DNA from: Candidatus Poribacteria bacterium
GTDB taxonomy: Bacteria; Poribacteria; WGA-4E; JAJDTR01
DNA: 64,000 nucleotides
NCBI GenBank assembly: GCA_965222225.1
Contig: CBDCTK010000002.1
Location: 3,776,001 to 3,840,000 of the forward strand
Direction: 5' to 3'
Each line of letters opens with the position of its first letter. The first letter of the stretch is position 1. The translations under genes were made by a program, and so were the position numbers. Below are positions 39,736 through 48,001 of the stretch, piece after piece. The notes under the pieces were generated by a model. The model saw nothing but the letters and a program-made list of their open reading frames with translations, made no database searches and was not told where the DNA came from.

Positions 39736-42075
39736 CTAATCATTGACCTCTATTGCGTAGGGCGTCAAGAGGAAGGTCCGGTGTCCTTGCAGTAGGCCCA
39801 AAAGAGATCTGCGCTGTCTGCCATCGGAACTGCTAACCAATGTCTTTGCGGAGTTGTAAGCCGTGATCCATCGGGTAAGCCAATTTTCGCGCGGTAATCG
39901 GACAAGTTCAACCTCTCGTTTTTCTAATCCGGCTTTCTTCCGTGCGACCGAGAGTGCGAGATTCAGCCCGCCCAGTTCATCAACGAGTCCATTTTCCAGC
40001 GCTTGTTTGCCTGTCCAAATACGACCTCTGGCAATATGATCGACCTCCTCCTTTGTCATGTCTCGAGCCACCGCCACTTTCATGACGAAGTCGTCGTAAA
40101 TCTCGGCAATCTGCTGGCGAACAATGGTGCGTTCCTCCGGCGGATAGTCTCCGTAGTCCGTGTAGAAATCGGCGTGCTTTCCGCGCTTGATGATTTCCTT
40201 GTGAACGCCAATCTTGTCGTACAAACCTTTGAGGCTGTATTTCCCGCCAATAACGCCGATCGAGCCGGTGATTGTTCCTGGCTCGGCAATGATAACATGC
40301 GCTGGGACAGCGATATAATAGCCGCCCGATCCGGCCACATCACCCATTGAGACAATTAACGGTTTAGCCTCTTTCAGGTGCGTCAATTCCCGCCAGATAA
40401 TGTCCGCTGCGATGACCAACCCTCCGCCGCTGTCAATCCGCAAAACAACCGCCTTGATTGAAGGATCTTCACGCACGGATCGAATTGCACGCGCAATTGT
40501 GGAGGAACCCATGGCATGGGTTCCCGTGAACGGATCCGAAAAACTATCGCCGGTAACCATCGTTCCGTGGGCTTCAATGATTGCGATCTTGGGCAATGGG
40601 ACCTCCCAGTCGGGTTGGTATATCTCGGTGTTCAGATATGCCTTTGCTTTCACCAGTGAATACGTTTTGCCCGTCAATTTTTCTATTATGGCTTCCAACT
40701 CATCGCGATACACAAGCCGATCGACGACACCATTTTCAACCGCCTGCTTTGCCGTAAAGGGGCCCTGATCAATTTGTTCCTTTATTTGGTCTTGCGTTAA
40801 GTTTCGATCGGCGGCGATTGAGTCGCACACTTGACTGTACAGATCGTCCAGAATCGAGTTTTGGACTTCCCGGTGTGCATCGGACATGCGCTCCCGAGTA
40901 AAAAGATCCGATGCCGATTTGTAGTCGCCGATGTGTTCAAGATTCGCTCGGATGCCCAGCTTGTCCAGTGTTTCTTTGTAGAACGAACTCTCGGATCTCA
41001 GCCCAATTAACCGTACTTCTCCAGACGGATGAAGGATGATTTGGTCACACGCCGAGGCGACAATGTAACTCCCCGTGGAATAGTTGTGCGCATAGCAAAT
41101 CGTACGTTTGCCAGCTGCTTTGAAATTCATAACCGCGTCGCGAATCTCCTGCAACCGCCCAACGCCGTAGTCACTGCTCCCAATCCTGATGAGTGCCCCC
41201 GCGACGTCAGGATCGCGCTTTGCAATCCTCAGTGTTTTTGTGACATCGCGCATCTGAGTCTCAAGGAAGATTTTGCTTCGCATCCGAGGTTTGTTTTGAT
41301 CGACGTTGGAGAAGTGAATGTAGCCAAGGCCGTCTTGATGTTCCCGATTGTCATTGAAACGATTATAGGTTCCCAATCCTGTCTGACCTAACGTCAAACC
41401 GAAACGGATGTCGAAGGCACCATGCCTGTTTAGACTCGCTCGCACTAGCACTGCTTGCATCGGACGGAGTTCAACGGAGTAGTCAAGATCCACACCTTTG
41501 GCATTCTCCGTCTTGCGAGCGTCAAAGGAGAGGGTTACGCGCCAAGTCCTTGGTCGGATTGCCAATCCGAAATCATACGACCGATTTTTGTCGAGGAGCT
41601 TCGGTCGATTCAAATCTCTCGCAACAAAACCAAGCGAAAGAAATCGGCGACGCAACATCAGTCCGAGCGACAGGGAAGAGAACTTGTCGTAGCTTTCCTC
41701 ATCGGAATTTATCCAACTATAACCCGTTCCCCAATAAAGTGAGCCCCAGAGGCGGCTTCCGCTAGAAGCGGTATATCGAGTAAAATCAACATTTCTAGGG
41801 GCACCTGCGAGCTCTATGCCGAACCCCATATTTGGGCTGGAGATTAAGAAGGCATCATCCCCGCTTGAGGCGCCGCTGTAGGTGCGCAGGTAATATAAAC
41901 TGTACCCTCTGCTGACGGCAAGCCCCGCAGGATTGAAAACGGTTGCCAGCGAATCGTCACTCACGGCGACGGAATTAGAGGGAAGTGGTGTCTGTGTTTT
42001 GGGTGTGGCAGCTGCGAGGTGGGGGATAGCCAATATAAGAAGTGCGGCAATAATGACAGTTTTCGGACGACTCAA
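39736..42075 (-). CDS. sppA: Signal peptide peptidase SppA (S49) with an N-terminal beta-barrel-like domain
   Basis: Two S49 domains (GDYKSA; LRIDSGGG, SMGDVAGSGGY, ITGSIGV, GRIWTG). The N-terminal ~250 aa contain SDDSLATVFNPAGLA and beta strands. Confidence 0.9.
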   Translation of the reverse strand: MSRPKTVIIAALLILAIPHLAAATPKTQTPLPSNSVAVSDDSLATVFNPAGLAVSRGYSLYYLRTYSGASSGDDAFLISSPNMGFGIELAGAPRNVDFTRYTASSGSRLWGSLYWGTGYSWINSDEESYDKFSSLSLGLMLRRRFLSLGFVARDLNRPKLLDKNRSYDFGLAIRPRTWRVTLSFDARKTENAKGVDLDYSVELRPMQAVLVRASLNRHGAFDIRFGLTLGQTGLGTYNRFNDNREHQDGLGYIHFSNVDQNKPRMRSKIFLETQMRDVTKTLRIAKRDPDVAGALIRIGSSDYGVGRLQEIRDAVMNFKAAGKRTICYAHNYSTGSYIVASACDQIILHPSGEVRLIGLRSESSFYKETLDKLGIRANLEHIGDYKSASDLFTRERMSDAHREVQNSILDDLYSQVCDSIAADRNLTQDQIKEQIDQGPFTAKQAVENGVVDRLVYRDELEAIIEKLTGKTYSLVKAKAYLNTEIYQPDWEVPLPKIAIIEAHGTMVTGDSFSDPFTGTHAMGSSTIARAIRSVREDPSIKAVVLRIDSGGGLVIAADIIWRELTHLKEAKPLIVSMGDVAGSGGYYIAVPAHVIIAEPGTITGSIGVIGGKYSLKGLYDKIGVHKEIIKRGKHADFYTDYGDYPPEERTIVRQQIAEIYDDFVMKVAVARDMTKEEVDHIARGRIWTGKQALENGLVDELGGLNLALSVARKKAGLEKREVELVRLPRENWLTRWITAYNSAKTLVSSSDGRQRRSLLGLLQGHRTFLLTPYAIEVND

Positions 42076-42533
42076 ATTCTTTCCTTCCTAATCAGGTCGT
42101 TTGCACAGCGGGCGGGCCCTTGCACTTAAAGTTACTACCCGATTAAACCCGTCGACGGAGACACCGTCCCGTGTGATGTGGCGCATGATTGACTTCTCGC
42201 GCATTATACCACCAAAGCCGGGTGTTAGCAATTCAAATTTCTTACGCATTCCCGTGAAATGCGCGCCGGATCGCCACATTAAGATGGGGGCCTTGCTATC
42301 ATCAAATTCGCGACTTCTTGTCTTTTGGGTTTCTCCTCTTTGGATCAACCTCGCGCCAATCTCACCATGCTCTTATTTCTACGGATTTTGCGCAGGGCAT
42401 GTCACCGCACATTGCAGAGCAGCTTGTTGATGTGCTAAAATTCATCAGGCATCGGTAATTCTGCTCTCCGGGGATAAATCGCTGATTCACCTAGCATTAA
42501 AACCTTCGACGGAACGGGACCTAGATTTGAGAA

Positions 42534-43607
42534 ATGGATAGGAATTTCACCGCTCTACCAATCATTAGCTTGTTTCTGTTGCTTGGGCGCATCCCAAGTG
42601 CGGGCGACATCCGTGCCATCGCGGCAGAAGTAGATTATTCACGGGACTCCATTCAGACACTACTACCTTTTGATGCGATTCCGGCAATCAGGAATCCACG
42701 GTTTGTAACTGCGAATGAAGCGAAATTGGGCGATGATGCTCCGGTTATCGGAGTGAATTTCAACGGCGAGCAGCATGCCTACTCGATTTATCTGCTAAAC
42801 GGACACGAAATTGTCAACGATGCTGTCGGCGGAATTAAGATTGCGACCACGTGGTGACCGTTGTGTAATTCGGCTATCGTGTATAGCCGCGAACTTGACG
42901 GACAAACCTACACATTCGGTGTCTCCGGCAAACTCTGGCGTGATGCACTTGTCATGTACGACCATCAAACTCGATCGCTTTGGTCTCACATCACGGGCGA
43001 AGCCATACAGGGAAAACTAAAAGGAAAAAGCCTAAAGACATTGGCGGCGATGCCCAAAATCAGCTGGAAAACATGGCGCTTGAATTTCCCGGCGACAAAG
43101 GTACTTTCTGTGCCGGTCAATTATTCCGATAAATCTTTCTTGATTGAGGAACAAAGGCGCGACAGCTACGCGGAATATCACGTCGGTCCAGAGACAGGCG
43201 TGAGCGGTATGCAGTATTCCGACACCCGTCTAAACAATAAGGAACTGGTAGTAGCCGTGAAACATCATGACCAGCACCGGGCTTACCCATTTTCGGTGTT
43301 TGAACCTAAGCCAATCGTCAATGACGATATCAATAATATCCCGATACTGGTGTTTCACGATCAAAACTCCGGCGCTACCGCTGTGTACAAACGCACACTT
43401 GATGGATTGCCGTTAGTCTTCGAGTGGTCCAAAGATTATTTTGCCGTGGATAGCTCCGAAACGATCTGGAACCTCATCACCGGTCTTGCAACAGAGGGTA
43501 AGTACAAAGAGAAGCAGCTGGAACGGTTGCCTTCAATCAACCTTTACTGGTTCGCTTGGGCACGTTACCATCCCGAAACGACGGTTTACAATCAACGAAA
43601 TCGATAA
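42534..43607 (+). CDS. DUF3179-family selenoprotein (in-frame TGA 42855-42857 read as Sec)
   Basis: ORFs 42534-42857 and 42861-43607 are in the same frame. Read-through gives HEIVND...ATTW-U-PLCNS...FGVSGKL...MYDHQTRSLWS, placing U at the first Cys of the family CPLC motif. Confidence 0.88.
42869..42893 (+). promoter_or_regulatory. Candidate bacterial SECIS hairpin
   Basis: CGGCTAT-CGTGT-ATAGCCG perfect 7-bp stem (42871-42889) beginning after a 13-nt spacer from the UGA, with G-containing loop. Confidence 0.65.
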
Positions 43608-43627
43608 CCTATTGAGTGATACAGGCC

Positions 43628-43658
43628 GTAGGTTGGGTTGAACGCAGTGAAACCCAAC
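43628..43658 (+). repeat. GTAG-type REP, GTAGGTTGGGTTGAA family
   Basis: GTAGGTTGGGTTGAACGCAGTGAAACCCAAC. Copies at 46456-46486 (+) and 60018-60048 (-); degenerate copy at ~57666-57690 (-). Confidence 0.8.
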
Positions 43659-43751
43659 TGTTTTCACTGCCAAATGCGCAATTGCGCTACTATTACAACC
43701 TATCACCCAAGGTAAAGCAATGAGTACGTAGGATTGTGAGGCAAGATTGAA

Positions 43752-44711
43752 TTGATGAATGCATTTGAAAAGGAAATTGCACGCTACAACGGAAACGGAC
43801 TTGGTGCCTTAGACATCAATACGATTCAGGTCAATATTGGTCTACGGTGTAACTTGGAGTGCGTCCATTGTCACGTCGTGTCCTCTCCACGTCGAAAGGA
43901 GGCGATGGATTGGTCTACGATGGAGCATGTGATAGCGGCTGCGGAGAACGTGCGTGCCAAGCTCGTCGACATAACCGGAGGCGCCCCGGAAATGCATCCT
44001 CACTTCCGGCGATTTATTGCTGCGTTGCGCGGAAAGAACCTACCCGTAATGGTGAGGACGAATCTGACAATCTTGCTTGAAAGCGGGTTTGAGACCTTGC
44101 CGGGGTTTTTCCGTGACCATCAGGTCGAACTTTGTGCATCGCTGCCCTGTTACTTGGAGGAAAACGTGGATTCACAACGCGGCACCGGAATTTTCAAAAA
44201 AAGCATCCAAGCGCTAAGAATACTCAACAGCTGCGGATACGGCAAAGTCGCTCACCTGCCCTTGAATCTCGTCTATAATCCGATAGACGGCACGCTCCCG
44301 CCAAATTCCCTCGAACTTGAGGCGGATTATAAGCATGAACTGCGGGAGAGATTCGGGATCGAATTTTCCCGTCTGCTGACCATTACGAACATGCCAATCG
44401 GTCAATTTCGCAGCGATTTGAAGCGGGAGAATAAACTCGAAGATTATAACCGACTGCTTCGAGACTCTTTTAATCCGGGGACATTGGACGGATTGATGTG
44501 CCGTCACCAGATTCATGTGGGCTGGGATGGACGGTTGTACGATTGCGATTTCAATTACGCGCTGAAACTGCCTGTAGGTGAGGGACTTCCTCAAACTATT
44601 AAAGAGTTCAATTCGCACTTGCTGATGAATCGAGCGATTCAAACGGAATTCCACTGTTTCGGATGCACGGCAGGCTGCGGATCGTCCTGCGGCGGCGCAT
44701 TGGTCGAATAA
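43752..44711 (+). CDS. arsS: Radical SAM protein with DUF3641 domain (ArsS family)
   Basis: QVNIGLRCNLECVHCHV, DITGGAPE, LMCR...WDG.LYDCDFN, HCFGCTAGCGSSCGGAL. Confidence 0.85.
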   Translation: MMNAFEKEIARYNGNGLGALDINTIQVNIGLRCNLECVHCHVVSSPRRKEAMDWSTMEHVIAAAENVRAKLVDITGGAPEMHPHFRRFIAALRGKNLPVMVRTNLTILLESGFETLPGFFRDHQVELCASLPCYLEENVDSQRGTGIFKKSIQALRILNSCGYGKVAHLPLNLVYNPIDGTLPPNSLELEADYKHELRERFGIEFSRLLTITNMPIGQFRSDLKRENKLEDYNRLLRDSFNPGTLDGLMCRHQIHVGWDGRLYDCDFNYALKLPVGEGLPQTIKEFNSHLLMNRAIQTEFHCFGCTAGCGSSCGGALVE

Positions 44712-44723
44712 CCGGACAAAGAA

Positions 44724-46307
44724 TTATTCGTAGATATTCCTCATCTGCCACGCGTCGAGCGAATTCAGCGTCATGTCTTGACTTTGGGAACGTATCGAGA
44801 CGCCGGTGCTATCCTCCCGCCCGGGATATACGCGTACCGCGACACACTGTTTGCCGTTGACGAATACCTCGACGACGCTTCTGTCAACAAACACGCGCAG
44901 CTTGAGCGACTCCTCTGTTCCGATTAACACGGGCGCCGTCTCGGGAGGCCGAGGACGTGCGTCGGGAAGCGTAGACGAATAGGACGAATCGATTGTAATC
45001 ATGCTGTGGCGCAGATTTCCTCCTGTGTCCCGATTCCTGAAACCTCGGTTTCTGAAGAACACGATTCGAGTAAACTCCTCTTTGTCCGGTGACCGAAAGA
45101 CGTTGAGCTCAACCATACCGGTTGTTGGTGCGTCTGTCGGCTCGATTTCAGCGATGAGTTCCATTGAATTTCCACGGATTTCGTCAAACACAACTTCCTG
45201 ATTGACAGGGAGTTTCGTCCTGCCAACGTGCTGATGGTTGTATCGCAACGATTCGATGTCTCCCGCGGGTTCCATCCCCAGATCGTTCTCTCCTATCAAC
45301 GTCAAACGCCGCGGCAACGACATAATTTGATTCCAGCCTTTGGTGTCTCTGCCCGGATTCATGTTGAAGATGATAATCAGACCACCGTTGCCGTCTGGGG
45401 TAGCTGATGGCGCGTGCGATGCGGAAGGGGTTGATGCTCCGAAAGTGAATTTACCGTGGGCAGTGACGACGAATTTGTCCCGATCCTTATCGTAATCGCC
45501 CAATAGGTACTGTCCGCCGCTCATGTGGCTGAAGAACGGTAAGATATGGCGATCGCCGATTTGCCAGAAATACGGACAGGCGCCGTCATCTCCCACCAGT
45601 GTGAAGCGGTCGTCTTCGACGAACGGATGCAGATATTCCCACGTTGCCAAGTCCTTGGAGCGGAACAGGAAATTGGCGCGCACAGACGCGCCGCCGGGAC
45701 CGTTCGGCAGCGTCCCGCCCGAAAGGGAGTAGTACATTCCATCTTTTTTCCAGATGCACGGATCGAATACTCGATACGGGAGCGGCGACCCGTCGGGGCT
45801 TTTGTTCGGAATAACAGCTTTGCCGGTAACCTTCTCCCAATTCAACAAAAGGGGATCGCTGGACACGGCAACCATGTTGCCCACCTCTGTTCCGTGATAC
45901 ATCGCGATAACCCGATCTTCCTCAACGAACGCAGAGCCGGAGTAACAGCATCTTTCAGGGTTGGGGTAGATTGCATAGGGCAGATCTCGCCAGTGGATTA
46001 AGTCATCGCTGATGGCATGCCCCCAATGTTGGCGCGAATCCTCCGGAGGATAGGCTTGATAGAAAAGGTGCCAGCGTCCCTTCCAGAAACAGATGCCGTT
46101 TGGATCGTTGAGAGTGTGCTCCGGGTTGACGTAGTGATAGATTGGTCGGTGCTTGTCCCCGGAGAATGCTTTGCGTGCCTCGATTAGCCTCAGCATCAGC
46201 GGATTGGTTTTGAGTTGCGCTTCCTGCTCTTCAATTGTGGTGGCAAACGTATATTTCGGAACTTTTGAGATGTAGTCGGGTTGTGTTGCCGTTTCAGCTT
46301 GTTTCAT
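44724..46307 (-). CDS. Glycoside hydrolase family 32-like protein
   Basis: LNDPNG, HLFYQ, HWGHAISDDLIHW, SGSA, C-terminal LRVFVDRSVVEVF. The RDP and EC motifs are altered. Confidence 0.85.
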   Translation of the reverse strand: MKQAETATQPDYISKVPKYTFATTIEEQEAQLKTNPLMLRLIEARKAFSGDKHRPIYHYVNPEHTLNDPNGICFWKGRWHLFYQAYPPEDSRQHWGHAISDDLIHWRDLPYAIYPNPERCCYSGSAFVEEDRVIAMYHGTEVGNMVAVSSDPLLLNWEKVTGKAVIPNKSPDGSPLPYRVFDPCIWKKDGMYYSLSGGTLPNGPGGASVRANFLFRSKDLATWEYLHPFVEDDRFTLVGDDGACPYFWQIGDRHILPFFSHMSGGQYLLGDYDKDRDKFVVTAHGKFTFGASTPSASHAPSATPDGNGGLIIIFNMNPGRDTKGWNQIMSLPRRLTLIGENDLGMEPAGDIESLRYNHQHVGRTKLPVNQEVVFDEIRGNSMELIAEIEPTDAPTTGMVELNVFRSPDKEEFTRIVFFRNRGFRNRDTGGNLRHSMITIDSSYSSTLPDARPRPPETAPVLIGTEESLKLRVFVDRSVVEVFVNGKQCVAVRVYPGREDSTGVSIRSQSQDMTLNSLDAWQMRNIYE

Positions 46308-46595
46308 AAGGCAGTCTTCCTCTCGTTAGATATTCGCTATCGTTGGTTCGCGTGCTACCGTGGGCGGCTCGCGGTCTAGATATTATCTTCCAGAATCTAG
46401 CAAATGACAATCACAAAATGATGCTCCTCATCTCAAGAGCATGGGTACCAATCCCGTAGATTGGGTTGAATACAGTGAAACCCAACAATTTAACTTGCCA
46501 TTTTTGCTTGGTAAAGAAACCTCAGAATCAGGTAGAATATGCGATAATTTCAACTTGTCGAATGAATGAGGTCAACTTTCACGCGGAGAGAACCG

Positions 46596-47648
46596 ATGAT
46601 TGAAGTTGAAAATCTCACGAAGAATTACGGGCCGTTTCGTGCATTAGAGGACGTTTCGTTTCGTATAGACAAGGGAGAAGTGGTGGGTTTTCTCGGTCCC
46701 AACGGCGCAGGCAAGACCACCACCATGCGTATCTTGACGTGTTTTATGCCCGCGAGTAGCGGGAGAGCGGCTGTTGCCGGATACGACATTTTCAAGGAAT
46801 CTCTGGACGTTCGCAAGCGTATCGGCTATCTGCCCGAGAACATACCGCTCTATCCGGAGATGACCGTTTCCAAGTATCTCAAATACATCTCGAAGATTAA
46901 GGGGTTGCCGCGCAGCCGTCGTGCAGATCGATTGGATACGGCGATTGAGGCTTGCGGTTTGACGGAACGTCGGCATCAGATTATCGGTCAGTTGTCCAAG
47001 GGATACCGACAGCGTGTTGGCTTGGCACAAGCCTTGATTCATGATCCGGATGTGATGATATTCGACGAGCCGACATCCGGTTTGGATCCTCGCCAAATCA
47101 TCGAAATCAGGGAACTCATCAAGGAACTTGGCAAGGAACATACAATCATCCTCAGTACGCATATTCTGCCGGAAGCGAGCATGACCTGTGAACGTTTGAT
47201 TGTGATTAACGAGGGGCGAATCGCGGGCGATGTCAAATTGGCGGAGGGGAGGCCCATCTCAGTTGATACAGGCGCGGATGTTGAATCGAATCTCATTGAG
47301 GGGAAAACGCTCTACCTTGAGGTTAGCGCACCGGTTGAAGAGGCCACGACCGCCCTCGAATCTGTGCCGAGTGTGAATCGAGTAGAAAACCGAGGAACGA
47401 GTGAAAGCAATAATCCCGTCTTTCACGTGAGTTACACTGCGGAGACGGATGTTCGTGCGGAAGTCGCCGCTACGATTATTCGAAACGGGTGGAGTTTACT
47501 GGAGATGCGCTCAATCGAAATGACACTTGAAGAGGTTTTTCTACGCTTGACGACGAGCACCGACAATGAATCGGAACAATTGAGCGAGGATGTGAATCAT
47601 CCTGAAAATGACCAGAATCAAACGGCACAAGTAGACATCGAAGATTAG
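46596..47648 (+). CDS. ABC-2 type transporter ATP-binding protein (GldA-like)
   Basis: GPNGAGKTT, LSKGYRQR, FDEPTSGLDP, STH. Confidence 0.94.
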   Translation: MIEVENLTKNYGPFRALEDVSFRIDKGEVVGFLGPNGAGKTTTMRILTCFMPASSGRAAVAGYDIFKESLDVRKRIGYLPENIPLYPEMTVSKYLKYISKIKGLPRSRRADRLDTAIEACGLTERRHQIIGQLSKGYRQRVGLAQALIHDPDVMIFDEPTSGLDPRQIIEIRELIKELGKEHTIILSTHILPEASMTCERLIVINEGRIAGDVKLAEGRPISVDTGADVESNLIEGKTLYLEVSAPVEEATTALESVPSVNRVENRGTSESNNPVFHVSYTAETDVRAEVAATIIRNGWSLLEMRSIEMTLEEVFLRLTTSTDNESEQLSEDVNHPENDQNQTAQVDIED

Positions 47649-47696
47649 ATGGTGTAAAATACGGCTTGCTAGTGAATCGGAGAGCTAGGAGATTAA

Positions 47697-47999
47697 ATGC
47701 CAACGTGGGAAGAGAAAATTTGGAAATTGCCGGCAATCATCATTTTCATGGCTGGGTTGATGTTGCCCTTGATGGTCGCAGTGTTGGCGATTGACGATCA
47801 GTCTACGGGACTAGGTAAACATCTACACATGCTATTTGGAATTGCGATTGCGCTTGTTGGTTTAACCACCGTGGGGATTGTCGTTCCACACATAATCATT
47901 GTTTTCCGCGAACGAAAATCTGCCGACTGGCAAAGGGAGATCGGGGACCTGAAACAGGAAATTGAAACGCTTAATCAGAATCAGGTTGCGAAGTCTTAA
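47697..47999 (+). CDS. Small membrane protein (2 TM + coiled coil)
   Basis: AGGAG RBS and two hydrophobic segments; fits between co-oriented genes. Confidence 0.65.
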   Translation: MPTWEEKIWKLPAIIIFMAGLMLPLMVAVLAIDDQSTGLGKHLHMLFGIAIALVGLTTVGIVVPHIIIVFRERKSADWQREIGDLKQEIETLNQNQVAKS

Positions 48000-48001
48000 C
48001 G

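Noticed and set aside
42534-43607. Nonsense-mutated pseudogene or two separate genes
   Set aside because: The TGA is in frame, falls at the conserved Cys of CPLC and is followed by a SECIS-like hairpin; Sec read-through fits better.
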